Shown: positions 30,968 through 42,063 of the stretch, in pieces
Layout of the letters: each line of letters opens with the position of its first letter
Numbering within the stretch: the stretch's first letter is position 1
Assembly (NCBI GenBank): GCA_016794225.1
Contig: JAEUKQ010000001.1
Span: 70,391-134,390, forward strand
Origin: Alphaproteobacteria bacterium
GTDB taxonomy: Bacteria > Pseudomonadota > Alphaproteobacteria > JAEUKQ01
Direction of reading: 5' to 3'
Length of the DNA: 64,000 nucleotides
Notes under the pieces: model-generated
What the model was told of the DNA's origin: nothing
The model's database searches: none
What the model saw: the letters and a program-made list of their open reading frames with translations, nothing else
Position numbers and translations under genes: made by a program

Positions 30968-33442
30968 ATGAAGGTAATTATGATACGCAAAATATGGACT
31001 GTCTTTGCTTATATTATTATGTTATCAATTAGCGGTATTGGACTTGGCAGCTTGGCCCTGTATCAGCTTTATGTAAAAGGCATACCAAATTATCAAGAAT
31101 TGCAGGAATACTACCCCGCAGTTACCAGCCGCGTTTATGCTGGAAATGGCGTCCTTTTGGCCGAGTATGCAAAAGAAAAACGGGTTTTTGTGCCAATATC
31201 ATCAATACCCAAGCAGATAGTTTATGCATTTTTATCGGCAGAAGATAAAACCTTTTACAATCACTCTGGCGTTGATTTTCCTGGAATGCTACGTGCGGTT
31301 TTTACCAATTTACTTAACAGTGTTCAAGGTAATGAACGCCGTCCTATCGGTGCTTCAACAATCACACAGCAGGTAGCTAAAACATTTTTTTTAACCAGCG
31401 AAGTTGCCCTGGAACGCAAAATTAAAGAAATTATTTTGGCTTTCCGTATCGAACAGGCCTATTCTAAGGATCGTATTCTTGAACTATACTTAAACGAAAT
31501 TTACTTTGGGTTACGCAGTAACGGGATTGCGGCGGCGGCACTGAATTACTTTAACAAATCTTTAGACGAACTAACAATTGCCGAGACTGCCTATTTAGCT
31601 GCTTTACCAAAAGGTCCTGAAAACTACCATCCTATTCGCCATGCACGTGCAGCTAAGGACCGCCGTGATTGGGTAATTTTAAAAATGGAGGAAAACGGCT
31701 ATATCTCTCACAGCGAGGCCGAACTGGCGGTGCGCGAACCGCTGGTTATACGACCACAACAGCAGGAACAATTTATCGATGCGGCGTATTTTTTGGCTGA
31801 AGTCCGAAGAACAGCTATCAGCCAATTTGGCGAGAAAGAACTTTACGAACAAGGACTTACTATAAAAACATCCCTGGACTGGCACCTACAACAGATTGCC
31901 AATCAAGCTTTGTGGAATGGTTTAGTCCAATATGATTTACGCCACGGATATCGGGGACCGATTACAACGATTGTCTTTAACCAAGAACAAGATTGGATAA
32001 AAGAACTAAAAAAAATTCCAACAAACTCTGATTTGCATGACTGGATATTAGCAGTTGTACTGGAGACACAAGAAAAGCATGCGATTATTGGTCTTAAAAA
32101 CGGCCAGAAAGGTCAAATACAGCTTGATGAAATGAAATGGGCCCGGCTGATCCTGGCTAATGGTTCGTTATCCCCATCCCCTAAAAAAACAGCCGATGTA
32201 TTGAAACGCGGCGATGTTATTATTGTTGAACAAATCGTTTCACAAGAAGGTACAAACAACACGACTACCCTTCCTTTTTTCCGGCTGCGCCAGATTCCAA
32301 AAGTAAGTGGTGGCATCATTGCCCTTGACCCACATACTGGCCGTGTTCTGGCAATGACTGGCGGATGGGATTTCAATAGCAGCCAATTTAACCGTGTAAC
32401 CCAAGCACAACGACAACCAGGATCAGCTTTTAAACCATTTGTTTACATGGCGGCCTTAGACAATGGCTATACCCCAGCCACAATTTTGTTAGATGCCCCT
32501 ATTTTAATTGATCAAGGCCCTGGGCAACCAAAGTGGCGACCTGAAAACTATAGCCAGCAATATTATGGCCCTAGTACGATGCGCCTTGGTATCGTCAAAT
32601 CGCGAAACCTAATGACCATTCGCCTAGCTCAGGCCATCGGTATGGATAAAATTGTAGATTACGCTAAAAAGTTTGGCATTAATGATCAATTATCCCCTGT
32701 TCTTGCCATGTCTCTTGGGGCTGGTGAAACAACACTTATAAAACTAACAACCGCTTATGCAATGATTGTAAACGGTGGGCGTCAAATTATTCCCTCTGTG
32801 ATTGACCGAGTGCAAGATCGGTTTGGGCGCACGCTTTATCGTCATGACCAGCGAAGCTGCGTATCCTGTACACCTGACAAGCCAGGCGATATGCCCTTAA
32901 TTGAAGATAACAGAGTGCAACTTATTGCCCCGACAACAGCTTACCAAATGGTTTCTTTATTAGAGGGTGTTGTTCAAAACGGCACGGGGGTAGTGATTAA
33001 ATCAATTGGCAAACCTTTGGCTGGTAAAACCGGTACAACAAACGACCATCACGATGCTTGGTTTATCGGCTTTTCACCAGATTTGGTTGTTGGTGTTTAT
33101 ATCGGGTACGACCAACCCACTAGTCTTGGTGGACGTGAAGAAGGTGGAACATTAGCAGCCCCTATTTTCAAAAACTTTATGGAACAAGCCCTGCAAGACA
33201 AGCCTGCGATACCTTTTCGCATTCCACCTGGCATTCGATTCGTACGGATCGATAGCAAAACTGGCAAACTTACCAATAGCAATAACCCCGATGCAATTTT
33301 AGAAGTTTTTAAAGCAGGTACTGAACCAACACCTGATGGACAACCCCGTATCCTTGATAATAATCAGCAAAATGTCCAACCCTTAAACAATAATCCGGTA
33401 ACCACAGATGGGGTTGACAGTTCAGATGATGGTCTTTACTAA
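30968..33442 (+). CDS. mrcA: penicillin-binding protein 1A (bifunctional transglycosylase/transpeptidase)
   Basis: 824 aa. N-terminal TM helix. GT51 motifs ([28 protein letters not shown]). Transpeptidase SxxK (SAFKP) and KTGT motifs. Confidence 0.85.
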   Translation: MKVIMIRKIWTVFAYIIMLSISGIGLGSLALYQLYVKGIPNYQELQEYYPAVTSRVYAGNGVLLAEYAKEKRVFVPISSIPKQIVYAFLSAEDKTFYNHSGVDFPGMLRAVFTNLLNSVQGNERRPIGASTITQQVAKTFFLTSEVALERKIKEIILAFRIEQAYSKDRILELYLNEIYFGLRSNGIAAAALNYFNKSLDELTIAETAYLAALPKGPENYHPIRHARAAKDRRDWVILKMEENGYISHSEAELAVREPLVIRPQQQEQFIDAAYFLAEVRRTAISQFGEKELYEQGLTIKTSLDWHLQQIANQALWNGLVQYDLRHGYRGPITTIVFNQEQDWIKELKKIPTNSDLHDWILAVVLETQEKHAIIGLKNGQKGQIQLDEMKWARLILANGSLSPSPKKTADVLKRGDVIIVEQIVSQEGTNNTTTLPFFRLRQIPKVSGGIIALDPHTGRVLAMTGGWDFNSSQFNRVTQAQRQPGSAFKPFVYMAALDNGYTPATILLDAPILIDQGPGQPKWRPENYSQQYYGPSTMRLGIVKSRNLMTIRLAQAIGMDKIVDYAKKFGINDQLSPVLAMSLGAGETTLIKLTTAYAMIVNGGRQIIPSVIDRVQDRFGRTLYRHDQRSCVSCTPDKPGDMPLIEDNRVQLIAPTTAYQMVSLLEGVVQNGTGVVIKSIGKPLAGKTGTTNDHHDAWFIGFSPDLVVGVYIGYDQPTSLGGREEGGTLAAPIFKNFMEQALQDKPAIPFRIPPGIRFVRIDSKTGKLTNSNNPDAILEVFKAGTEPTPDGQPRILDNNQQNVQPLNNNPVTTDGVDSSDDGLY

Positions 33443-33487
33443 AGAAAATCACGCATTTTATATAAAAGTTATAAGAGCTTTAAAGCC

Positions 33488-34598
33488 ATGCAAACAGAAA
33501 TTTCTGTTGTCATTCATGATATTCAGCAAGCCTTGGATGTCCTGCGGAGGTATCTTTGACCCTGATCATTCATTGCGTCGGATTGACGAATTAAATAGTT
33601 TGAGCGAGGAACCAGGTTTATGGGATAACCCTGCTAAGGCACAGAAAATACTTAAGGAACGGACAAAGCTGCAACAATCACTGGATGGTTATTTTACTTT
33701 ACAAAACCAACTGACTGACTTGGTTGCCCTACTTGAATTAGCAAAACAAGAAAATGATCTCGTGGTTTTGTCGGAAACGACAGATTCTCTTGTAAAGTTG
33801 CAAGGATTAGCGCAAAAACGCAAGTTAGAAAGCCTGCTGTCAGGTGAAGCAGACAGTAATGATTGTTATGTCGAAGTTCATGGTGGTGCGGGTGGCACAG
33901 AAGCACAAGATTGGGCTGAATTAGTTTTGCGCATGTATCTAAGATGGGCTGAACAGCATGGGTATAAAACAGAAACTTTAGATGAAAGCCCCGGGGAAGA
34001 GGCAGGATTAAAATCAGCCACCGTGCGAATATCGGGATTTCGTGCATATGGCTGGCTTAAATATGAAAGCGGCGTCCATCGTCTGGTGCGGATTTCTCCT
34101 TTTGATAGCCAATCGCGCCGACATACAAGTTTTTGTTCTGTTTGGGTTTATCCGGTTGTTGATGATACAATTGATATTGAAATTCTAGATAAAGATTTGC
34201 GTGTTGATACATTCCGTTCATCAGGAGCTGGTGGTCAGCATGTTAATAAAACAGATAGTGCTATTCGTATTACACACTTGCCGACTAATATTGTTGTTCA
34301 ATGTCAGTCAGACCGTTCGCAACACCGAAATCGTGCAACTGCTATGGATATGCTGCGCGCACGACTTTACGAACTTGAGTTGCAAAAACGCGAAGAAAAA
34401 GCTGCTGCCGAACAGGCACAAAAAACCCAAATTGGATGGGGACATCAAATTCGTTCTTATGTACTACATCCTTATCAAATGATTAAAGATTTAAGAACAC
34501 AAGAAGAAACAACCGACACAATGGGTGTGCTGAACGGTGACATAGACCGTTTCTTATACGCATCACTTGCACAACGATTGGGGGATCAAAAAAAATGA
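33488..34598 (+). CDS. prfB: peptide chain release factor 2, requires programmed +1 ribosomal frameshift at 33557/33558
   Basis: Frame-1 ORF ATG 33488 encodes [23 protein letters not shown] and then an in-frame TGA at 33557-33559. The +1 frame continues DPDHSLRR...GGQHVN... (SPF and GGQ motifs) to the stop at 34596-34598. The site CGGAGG-TAT-CTT-TGA-C matches the canonical RF2 autoregulatory shift site. Confidence 0.9.
33545..33560 (+). promoter_or_regulatory. RF2 +1 frameshift cassette (internal SD-like GGAGG, slippery CUU, UGA stop, C context)
   Basis: Sequence cggagg tat ctt tga c. Spacing and composition match the E. coli prfB recoding site (AGGGGG TAT CTT TGA C). Confidence 0.85.
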
Positions 34599-35587
34599 CA
34601 AATTCAAGACAACAATTTTCTAAGACTTATGAAAAATCTTTTGTTTGGGATGCCCACAGCTGCTTACCGCTTAAAACAGGCATTGATCTTTCACCACTGG
34701 AAAGACATCACAAAGCAGGCATTAATTATGTTTCGATCAATGTCGGTATGGATTTTAATCCTTGGACCGATTGTATCAGGTTTTTAGCATATTTTCGTAG
34801 CTGGATTCGTGAACACCATAATCACTATATGCTGATTGAACGGTTTGAAGATTTGGCGTTCGCTAAAAAAACCGGTAGGCTTGGCATTACTTTTGACCTT
34901 GAAGGCTCGGTTATGCTTGATACAGACTTCGATATGCTTTCCTTATACTATGACCTTGGCGTTCGCCAAATTCATTTTGCCTATAACCGTGATAACCAAG
35001 CGGCAGGTGGATGTCATGGTTACGATATTAATCTAACACCGTATGGACGGCAGCTGGTTACTGCCGTAAACAAGGTTGGTATGATTATGGACTGTTCCCA
35101 CACAGGCTATCGAAGTAGCATGGAAATTATGGAAATATCTAAAAAACCCGTGGTATTTTCGCACGCAAATTGTTACACGCTTAAACCTCATCCCCGCAAT
35201 ATTCGTGATGATCAAATTGATCTGTGCGCAAAAACAGGTGGTGTGATCGGTGTTAATGGCATTGGCATTTTCCTAAGCGACAAACCAGCCAGTGCCGAAA
35301 CCATGGTACCCCACATCGATTATTTGGTGCAACGTGTTGGTGCACAACATGTTGGTATAGGTCTTGATTTTAGCTTTATACGTGGGATCGACGATAATCC
35401 ACCTAATTTTGAACCAGCTTTATGGTGGCCTCCTGAAGCAGGTTATGGAAAAGGTATGACCTATGCACCTCCCGAATCATTTCCAGCAATAGCCGAAACT
35501 CTAGCAAAAAAAGGCTACGCAGAAACAGATATTATGGCTATTTTGGGTGGCAATTTCCTAAGAATTGCACAACAAAGCTGGGCATAA
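34595..35587 (+). CDS. membrane dipeptidase, peptidase M19 family
   Basis: 330 aa. M19 (renal dipeptidase-like) motif pattern (WDAHSCLP, HxD metal ligands). Start overlaps the prfB stop (ATGA). Confidence 0.7.
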   Translation: MTNSRQQFSKTYEKSFVWDAHSCLPLKTGIDLSPLERHHKAGINYVSINVGMDFNPWTDCIRFLAYFRSWIREHHNHYMLIERFEDLAFAKKTGRLGITFDLEGSVMLDTDFDMLSLYYDLGVRQIHFAYNRDNQAAGGCHGYDINLTPYGRQLVTAVNKVGMIMDCSHTGYRSSMEIMEISKKPVVFSHANCYTLKPHPRNIRDDQIDLCAKTGGVIGVNGIGIFLSDKPASAETMVPHIDYLVQRVGAQHVGIGLDFSFIRGIDDNPPNFEPALWWPPEAGYGKGMTYAPPESFPAIAETLAKKGYAETDIMAILGGNFLRIAQQSWA

Positions 35588-35603
35588 TTACAATAACAAC
35601 TAT

Positions 35604-36155
35604 TTAAAGTTGTCGGTCTTCTAACTTCATTTCTAAATCAGCAATAGTTTGTCTGACCGACGTTAAATAGGGATTGATTGCTAAAGCCCGGCGAAAAAAA
35701 TCCAAGGCCAGTTGTTCATTACCTTCAAATATATAGATATATCCCAACCGAGTTAGTGCCGAAAAATGGCGTGGTTCTAGGGTCAGGGCTTTTTCTAAGT
35801 CGCTTTTTGCCTGGGAATATTGTTGCATGAACATCATTAAAGTCCCACGCTTGTGCCAAGCTTCAGCAAAGTCTGGATTAATTTTAATTAGTTCGTCAAA
35901 CTTCTTAATGGCCGTGGCATAATCGTGCGTTACCATGGCTTGCGTACCATCCATAAGCAAATTATCAGCAAGTGGGGTAGCCGCCTGATACCATATATCC
36001 CAGATAAGCTTCTCTGCTGTGCGGGCGGCAACTGGCTCGGTAGTTAACTTCAATTGTTCAAAAAGATCTGCTAATCTGCTGTCATACTGGTCAGCTTGTG
36101 GTGCCGTAAAAACAGCAAAGCTCATGATACAACCGAAAACGACCTTTTTTAGCAA
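35604..36155 (-). CDS. TPR-repeat protein (secreted)
   Basis: 183 aa. Signal peptide plus several TPR-like repeats (AxxYxxxG patterns). Confidence 0.6.
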   Translation of the reverse strand: MLKKVVFGCIMSFAVFTAPQADQYDSRLADLFEQLKLTTEPVAARTAEKLIWDIWYQAATPLADNLLMDGTQAMVTHDYATAIKKFDELIKINPDFAEAWHKRGTLMMFMQQYSQAKSDLEKALTLEPRHFSALTRLGYIYIFEGNEQLALDFFRRALAINPYLTSVRQTIADLEMKLEDRQL

Positions 36156-36225
36156 GACCAGCTCCTGTTATTGGTTAGCAAACTGGTTGATGATAGCAAA
36201 TTATTTCAAAGATGAAAAGCAACAA

Positions 36226-36246
36226 GGGAAGGTCACGTGCCTTCCC
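36226..36246 (-). terminator. hairpin downstream of rpmJ (gggaagg-tcacgtg-ccttccc)
   Basis: Perfect 7-bp GC-rich inverted repeat 30 nt past the rpmJ stop, followed on the minus strand by a U-rich tract (uuguugcuuuuc). Confidence 0.45.
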
Positions 36247-36275
36247 CTGCAAAAACCGCTAACTAAAACAGCAAA

Positions 36276-36401
36276 CTAACCTTGACGAACCTTATACCGT
36301 GGATCCGTCTTGTTGATAACATAGGTGCGGCCACGACGGCGTACAACACGACAATCTTTATGACGTCCTTTAGCCGCCTTTAACGAGTTTGACACGCGCA
36401 T
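36276..36401 (-). CDS. rpmJ: 50S ribosomal protein L36, zinc-independent (YkgO/RpmJ2) type
   Basis: 41 aa: [41 protein letters not shown]. This is a near-canonical alphaproteobacterial L36. SD-like AAGGGA 8 nt upstream. Absent from the ORF track because it is below the length cutoff. Confidence 0.8.
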   Translation of the reverse strand: MRVSNSLKAAKGRHKDCRVVRRRGRTYVINKTDPRYKVRQG

Positions 36402-36516
36402 AATAATATCCCTTTATTCCAAAATAATCATAAAAGACCAGTTCTTGTAAAATATTGTTGGCTTGCTGTCAATGCCGTTTATGGATTTTTACAGCAACTA
36501 AATACGAATATACCCC

Positions 36517-38163
36517 CTACATCTCGGAATATCCAGGCCCACCACCACCCTGAGGTGTTGTCCAAACAATGTTTTGGCCTGGGTCTTTAATATCACATGT
36601 TTTACAATGAATACAATTTTGCGCGTTAATGCGCAATCTTGGCTTGCTATCTTCAGCCACGATTTCATAAACCCCCGCTGGGCAATACCTCTGTTCAGGT
36701 GCATCATATAAAGCTAAGTTATATTGCACTGGAACATCAGCGTCTTTAAGTTTTAAATGGCAGGGTTGATTTTCTTCGTGCATGGTGTTTGATAAATAAA
36801 CCGATGACATTAAATCAAAGGTTAAACGGCCATCTGGCTTGGGATATACAATTTTTGGTGCTTGCGCAGCCAAGAACATATGCTCATGATCATGATGGTT
36901 ACGAAATGTCCAAAAAGTGCGCCCACGTAGCAGATAATGATCAAAAGCAGCATAAGCAATTCCACCCAATAATCCAAGCCGGAAAGCTGGCCTGATATTA
37001 CGCACCCTTTTTAATTCCTTAAATACCCAAGACTTTTTTAATTTCTTTGGATATTCGGTTAATATTGGAAATTCAAGCGCTGATGCAGATTTTTTAGATT
37101 GTAACAATGCATCAGCAACTGCTTCCGCAGCAAGCATTCCCGATTTCATGGCCGTATGGGTGCCCTTAATTTTGGGGACGTTCAAGAAACCCGCTGCACA
37201 CCCAATAATAGCCCCTCCCGCAAAAGTCAGCTGTGGTATTGATTGCCATCCCCCTTCATTTAAGGCGCGTGCACCATATGCCAGGCGGCGTCCTTGCTCT
37301 AAAACAGGTCGAATTAAGGGATGGGTTTTAAACCGTTGTAACTCTTGATATGGATTTAAATGCGGATTTCGGTAATCAAGGCCAACAACCAACCCCAGTG
37401 CTATAAGTTTTTTATCAAGGTGATAAACAAAAGAACCACCATATGTCGCATGATCAAGCGGCCAACCCACGGTATGGACAACAAGGCCACTTTTATGTAA
37501 TGCCTCTGGAATCTCCCATAATTCCTTAAGACCTATGGCATAGGTTTGCGGATCAGATCTTCGGCGCAGATTAAACTTTTTCATTAATTGCTCGCTTAGT
37601 GAACCACGACAACCCTCGGCAAATAAAGTATATGTCGCATTAATCCGCACGCCAGGCTGGTATAGGCTGGTTTTCTGGCCATTTTTATCAAGGCCTTGTG
37701 GGCCAGTTATGATACCCCCCACCTTATCCTGATGATTAAAAATAACATCTGCAGCCGCAAAGCCAGGATAAATCTCAACACCGTAACCTTCAGCTTTCTG
37801 GGCTAACCAGCGACATAATTGTGACAAACTAACAATATAGTTCCCATGATTATTCATAGGCCCCGGGGTTGGAAGACGAACCGATTTTTTTGTGGTCAAC
37901 CAATAAAACATATCCTTACGCACAGGTGTTGTAAGAGGTGGTGGCGCATTTAACCAATCGGGGATTAACTCGTTTAAGGCAGTTGGCTGAAGAACAGCCC
38001 CTGATATAATGTGACCGCCAATTTCACTAGCTTTTTCAACAACACAAACCGATATATCTTGACCACGCTGTTGGGTTAATTGCTTTAATCGAATAGCCGC
38101 TGATAGACCGGCAGGGCCAGCACCAACAACAACAACATCATAGTTTAATTCTTCTTGCGTCAT
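36517..38163 (-). CDS. etfD: electron transfer flavoprotein-ubiquinone oxidoreductase
   Basis: About 548 aa from Met at 38163 (MTQEELNYDVVVVGAGPAG FAD motif). C-terminal 4Fe-4S ferredoxin motif CIHCKTCDIKDP. The ORF-track start at 38286 is likely an artifact. Confidence 0.85.
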   Translation of the reverse strand: MTQEELNYDVVVVGAGPAGLSAAIRLKQLTQQRGQDISVCVVEKASEIGGHIISGAVLQPTALNELIPDWLNAPPPLTTPVRKDMFYWLTTKKSVRLPTPGPMNNHGNYIVSLSQLCRWLAQKAEGYGVEIYPGFAAADVIFNHQDKVGGIITGPQGLDKNGQKTSLYQPGVRINATYTLFAEGCRGSLSEQLMKKFNLRRRSDPQTYAIGLKELWEIPEALHKSGLVVHTVGWPLDHATYGGSFVYHLDKKLIALGLVVGLDYRNPHLNPYQELQRFKTHPLIRPVLEQGRRLAYGARALNEGGWQSIPQLTFAGGAIIGCAAGFLNVPKIKGTHTAMKSGMLAAEAVADALLQSKKSASALEFPILTEYPKKLKKSWVFKELKRVRNIRPAFRLGLLGGIAYAAFDHYLLRGRTFWTFRNHHDHEHMFLAAQAPKIVYPKPDGRLTFDLMSSVYLSNTMHEENQPCHLKLKDADVPVQYNLALYDAPEQRYCPAGVYEIVAEDSKPRLRINAQNCIHCKTCDIKDPGQNIVWTTPQGGGGPGYSEM

Positions 38164-38319
38164 GGCTTTTTTGTCTGAACAGTTAATTGATTGATAAAAT
38201 AATACGCTTTTCCATAAAAGACATTCTGCATCTTTTTGTTTGCCTTTCAAGCCCAAGCCATTAATATTTTGTTTATCAACATGCAATTTCTAGAACTAAG
38301 TCAATCTGATACTTTTACA

Positions 38320-39144
38320 ATGTCTGAAAGAAAAAATATCGCCAATCTTTGGGAAAGGCTGCTTGAACACTGGCAGATTGCCGGTGTTGAATATTTTGTT
38401 GATGCCCTAAATGGTGGAATAATGAAAAAAACAGCAATAGCTTCTAAACAACAAAACGGTATCATTGATACACCACAATCTCATACTAACATCGCAACAA
38501 AAAATTTTACCGCCGGTAATGCAGAAATCCCTAATCCCGACAATACCTATCAGCAGGTAAGAGATTGTCGCAATCTTGACGATTTGCGCAATTTGGTTAG
38601 TAATTTTGAAGGTTGTCCTTTGAAAAATACCGCAACCAACCTGGTATTTAGTGACGGAAACCCAAAGTCTAAAATTATGTTTGTGGGTGAAGCCCCGGGG
38701 GCAGATGAAGACAGAATGGGTAAACCTTTTGTTGGATTAAGTGGACAGTTACTTGATACGATGATTCGCTGGATTAACCTGGATCGTGAAAACGTTTATA
38801 TAAGTAATGTTATCTATTGGCGTCCCCCAGGCAATCGAGCACCTACAACTGCTGAAATTTCCAGTTGTATGCCTTTTGTTGAAAAACAAATTGCCCTGGT
38901 TAATCCCAAATTACTTATTTTAGTGGGTGGGATAGCTGCAAAAGCTGTTCTTCAAAAGGCAGACGGTATTATGAAAATCCGCGGACAGTGGTTTTCATAT
39001 CAAAACATGTATCTGCAAAATCCTATACCTGCTATGGCAATATACCATCCGGCTTTTTTGCTAAGACAACCGGGACAAAAACGCCAGGTGTGGCGTGATT
39101 TGCTGGCAATTGAAGAAAAAATTTCTACCTTTTCCCGCGAATAA
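38320..39144 (+). CDS. uracil-DNA glycosylase, family 4 (SPO1 DNA-polymerase-related type) with N-terminal extension
   Basis: Family-4 motifs GEAPGADED and a HP-like region (YHPAFLLR). Start uncertain; 38236 is also possible. Confidence 0.7.
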   Translation: MSERKNIANLWERLLEHWQIAGVEYFVDALNGGIMKKTAIASKQQNGIIDTPQSHTNIATKNFTAGNAEIPNPDNTYQQVRDCRNLDDLRNLVSNFEGCPLKNTATNLVFSDGNPKSKIMFVGEAPGADEDRMGKPFVGLSGQLLDTMIRWINLDRENVYISNVIYWRPPGNRAPTTAEISSCMPFVEKQIALVNPKLLILVGGIAAKAVLQKADGIMKIRGQWFSYQNMYLQNPIPAMAIYHPAFLLRQPGQKRQVWRDLLAIEEKISTFSRE

Positions 39145-39269
39145 AAATTAGAATGAAGCTTGCATTCGTGATAATCGCTTGCAAAGCAAGGCAAGAAAAG
39201 ATAAAAAATGATACAAAATTGTATTAAATAATTTTATCCAATCCGTTTGTTTGGGAGATTGTTGACAAA

Positions 39270-40835
39270 ATGATTGACGTAGGTAAACTTTCAATTGTGG
39301 CAATTTTTGCACCAATCAGAAACTTTATGGCTTGTTGCCTAATACTTACTGGTGCTTTGCCCTTACATGCTCAATCAGCAACCAATCAGTCGGGCTTACT
39401 TAGCGATTTACCAGCTGTTGATGTCCTGGATGCCCAACATATTAAAATTTACCGGCAAATTTTTGCTGCCCAAGACAAGGGTGACTGGGCAAGCTCTAAA
39501 CGATTACAGCAGCAGTTAACGAATAATCTTTTGCTTGGCCATGTTGAAGCGCATCGTCTTTTACACCCAAAATACAAATCAAGTTACCAAGAACTAACTA
39601 ACTGGTTAAAGAAATACAATGATCACCCGCAAGCTACCCTGATTTACAAACTTGCCTTAGGCCGTAAGCCTAATCATGTTAGTACACCCCCAATAAAAGC
39701 CTTGCACCAGGTTATTAAAGGTGGCAATCCTGATATGGGTCAGGCCAATAATATTCCTGCATGGAAAAGTGCCCTTGATACTTGGATAAAGGGAAATTTT
39801 GCAACCGCTACCAGGCTTTTTGAAAAAATTGCCCAAAACTATATAAACAACCCTTGGGTTGCATCGGCAGCTTATTTTTGGGCTGGACGCGGTTACTTGA
39901 AAATGGGCAATCCGCAGCAATATATCACATCAATGCAACACGCGGCTGGGTACCCGCGTACATTTTATGGACAATTAGCTATTCAAATTCTTGGAATTAA
40001 ACCAACCTTTGATTGGTCTGAGCCGGTTGTAACATCAGAAGATTTACACTTGATTGGCAGTTATAATCATGGAAAACGTGCATTAGCGTTGTTGCAAATT
40101 GGTCAGCTAGACCTAGCCGAGGAAGAGCTTTTAATTTTAAGATCTCAGGCAAATCATGCTACAACCAGGGCATTGGTTGGGCTTTCTCAGAAAATTGACT
40201 TTTCAGGATTAAGCTTTCAAACCGGTGTGCGGAATCAAAATTTGCTGCCCGATGACAACCATATTATGATTAGCCTATACCCAGTGCCTGATTGGGCACC
40301 TAAGGGGGGTTTTAAAATTGATCCCGCCCTGATTTATGCAGTTATGCGTCAAGAATCAAGCTTTAATCCGTCAGCCTCAAGCCATAAAGGAGCTAGCGGG
40401 CTGATGCAGGTAATGCCAAGCACCGCCGCCTTTGTACGTAATAAAAAGTCCGGACACTATAACAAAAATGACTTATTAATACCCGAAGTAAATTTGTCGA
40501 TTGCGCAAGATTATTTGGCCAATCTGTTGATCGACGAACACGTTAATGGTGACCTAATCCTAGCGATGATTGCTTATAATGCCGGCCCATCGCATGTTCC
40601 CTTGTGGAAAAAGCGTTTTTCTTACAGTAATGACCCGTTGCTTTTTATTGAACGCATTCCGTACCGGGAAACCCGTTTATATGTTCAACGTGTTTTGGCT
40701 AATTTATGGATTTATCGAAATAGGCTTGGCCAGGAATCGGCTTCGTTAAAGGAACTTGCATCGGGCACAACACCTGTATACCAAAGCCAAGACCCGCGCA
40801 TTACACCACATCAATTGGCCTTCAGGACTAGGTGA
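39270..40835 (+). CDS. soluble lytic murein transglycosylase (Slt domain)
   Basis: 521 aa. Signal peptide, a superhelical N-terminal region, and a C-terminal SLT catalytic motif (ESSFNPSASSHKGASGLMQVMPSTA). Confidence 0.7.
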   Translation: MIDVGKLSIVAIFAPIRNFMACCLILTGALPLHAQSATNQSGLLSDLPAVDVLDAQHIKIYRQIFAAQDKGDWASSKRLQQQLTNNLLLGHVEAHRLLHPKYKSSYQELTNWLKKYNDHPQATLIYKLALGRKPNHVSTPPIKALHQVIKGGNPDMGQANNIPAWKSALDTWIKGNFATATRLFEKIAQNYINNPWVASAAYFWAGRGYLKMGNPQQYITSMQHAAGYPRTFYGQLAIQILGIKPTFDWSEPVVTSEDLHLIGSYNHGKRALALLQIGQLDLAEEELLILRSQANHATTRALVGLSQKIDFSGLSFQTGVRNQNLLPDDNHIMISLYPVPDWAPKGGFKIDPALIYAVMRQESSFNPSASSHKGASGLMQVMPSTAAFVRNKKSGHYNKNDLLIPEVNLSIAQDYLANLLIDEHVNGDLILAMIAYNAGPSHVPLWKKRFSYSNDPLLFIERIPYRETRLYVQRVLANLWIYRNRLGQESASLKELASGTTPVYQSQDPRITPHQLAFRTR

Positions 40836-41023
40836 TGACCATTTATACATCAAAAATATTGCTGTTGGTTTTATCTTAACGCGTGTTTTTGTGTAGAACA
40901 GCGCTCAACATAATTGGCTTGCTGAAAAAATTTACCATTTTAGAATAGCACAAACGTATATCACCCAGAAAGTAAGGCTACAACGAACAGATTTTTATTG
41001 GCAAGGCCATTTGAGGGGCTTTT

Positions 41024-42010
41024 GTGTACAAAAATTCTCAGATATTTTTTGAAATTCTTAACGAATTACCCACGATGGGCATCGGGCATCGCCACTGGTT
41101 CGTTAAAAGTACCTATCGTAGAAACCAGAAGTTAATTTTACGCACACCAACCTCATTAAAAGCAGGCTTTACAAGCTATAAACAATATATTGAATATCAA
41201 GAAGCTTGCTACAAATTGTTGGAAAGCTCTTGCCATACCCCTCCGCTCATTAGCGCTGTTTATGAACATCCGCTACATCAATTTGGTGGCCTACTAATAC
41301 AGTATATTGAAGGTCGATTACCGCAAAAAAATCACGACTGGCCAAGGATTGCAAGCTGCCTAGCTTCGATACATCGCCTACCTACCCACACAATATCCCC
41401 CCTGATTCCTGCACCAAAATCAATTTGGCAGGAAATTATAGGTACGATTCAACGTCGGCAACCTTATTTTCAACAACCTTTTATTCCCACAGCAATACAA
41501 AATTATCTAAAACTTGAATTGGATTGGGCCATAAAATTTTTTCAACAGCATCAGCATAAAAACCAGCCAAGAACAATTATGTTATATGACTGCCATCCTG
41601 CTAACTTTTTGATAGACCAACATGACAAAGCCTGGTTCTTAGATTTAGAAAAGGTAACACTTGGCCACCCTGCTTTAGACTTGGCACATGCCACCATTAT
41701 TACATCAAGATCATGGCATCCCTATTTGGAAATTAATCTTTCTCCTGAAGATGAGACAAAGTTTTATGAAACATATTTTCAAGACCATTCCCATCAATCT
41801 ATACAAGATATAACTTTTTTTATTCAACCAGCACGACGCCTAGTTTGGCTGAGAACACTATCATGGGCAGCAGAATGGCTTGCGCAAAAAAAAGATCACC
41901 CACCCTCTAACATATTTGATACAAAACTTATGGCGCAGTTGGTGCAATGGTTTAAGACAGATTTTTTTTACAATATGATTGGGGAAATTAATTCTCCGCC
42001 CGCCATCTAA
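41024..42010 (+). CDS. phosphotransferase (APH/choline-kinase-like) family protein, substrate unknown
   Basis: 328 aa. Catalytic-loop equivalent YDCHPANFLI (D..HPxN) and FLDLE (D-x-E) motif. GTG start. Confidence 0.6.
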   Translation: MYKNSQIFFEILNELPTMGIGHRHWFVKSTYRRNQKLILRTPTSLKAGFTSYKQYIEYQEACYKLLESSCHTPPLISAVYEHPLHQFGGLLIQYIEGRLPQKNHDWPRIASCLASIHRLPTHTISPLIPAPKSIWQEIIGTIQRRQPYFQQPFIPTAIQNYLKLELDWAIKFFQQHQHKNQPRTIMLYDCHPANFLIDQHDKAWFLDLEKVTLGHPALDLAHATIITSRSWHPYLEINLSPEDETKFYETYFQDHSHQSIQDITFFIQPARRLVWLRTLSWAAEWLAQKKDHPPSNIFDTKLMAQLVQWFKTDFFYNMIGEINSPPAI

Positions 42011-42063
42011 GCCCGTATCAGTATCAAGCTTGACAAACACTTTGTTCTTTATATGTTCTTTAC

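Noticed and set aside
41024-42010. Idea that the APH-fold protein is a pseudokinase lacking the catalytic Asp
   Set aside because: On realignment the catalytic loop reads LYDCHPANFLI, which corresponds to HGDLHPGN with the Asp and HPxN retained. Only the first His is replaced. The downstream D-x-E (FLDLE) motif is present, so the protein is likely catalytically competent.
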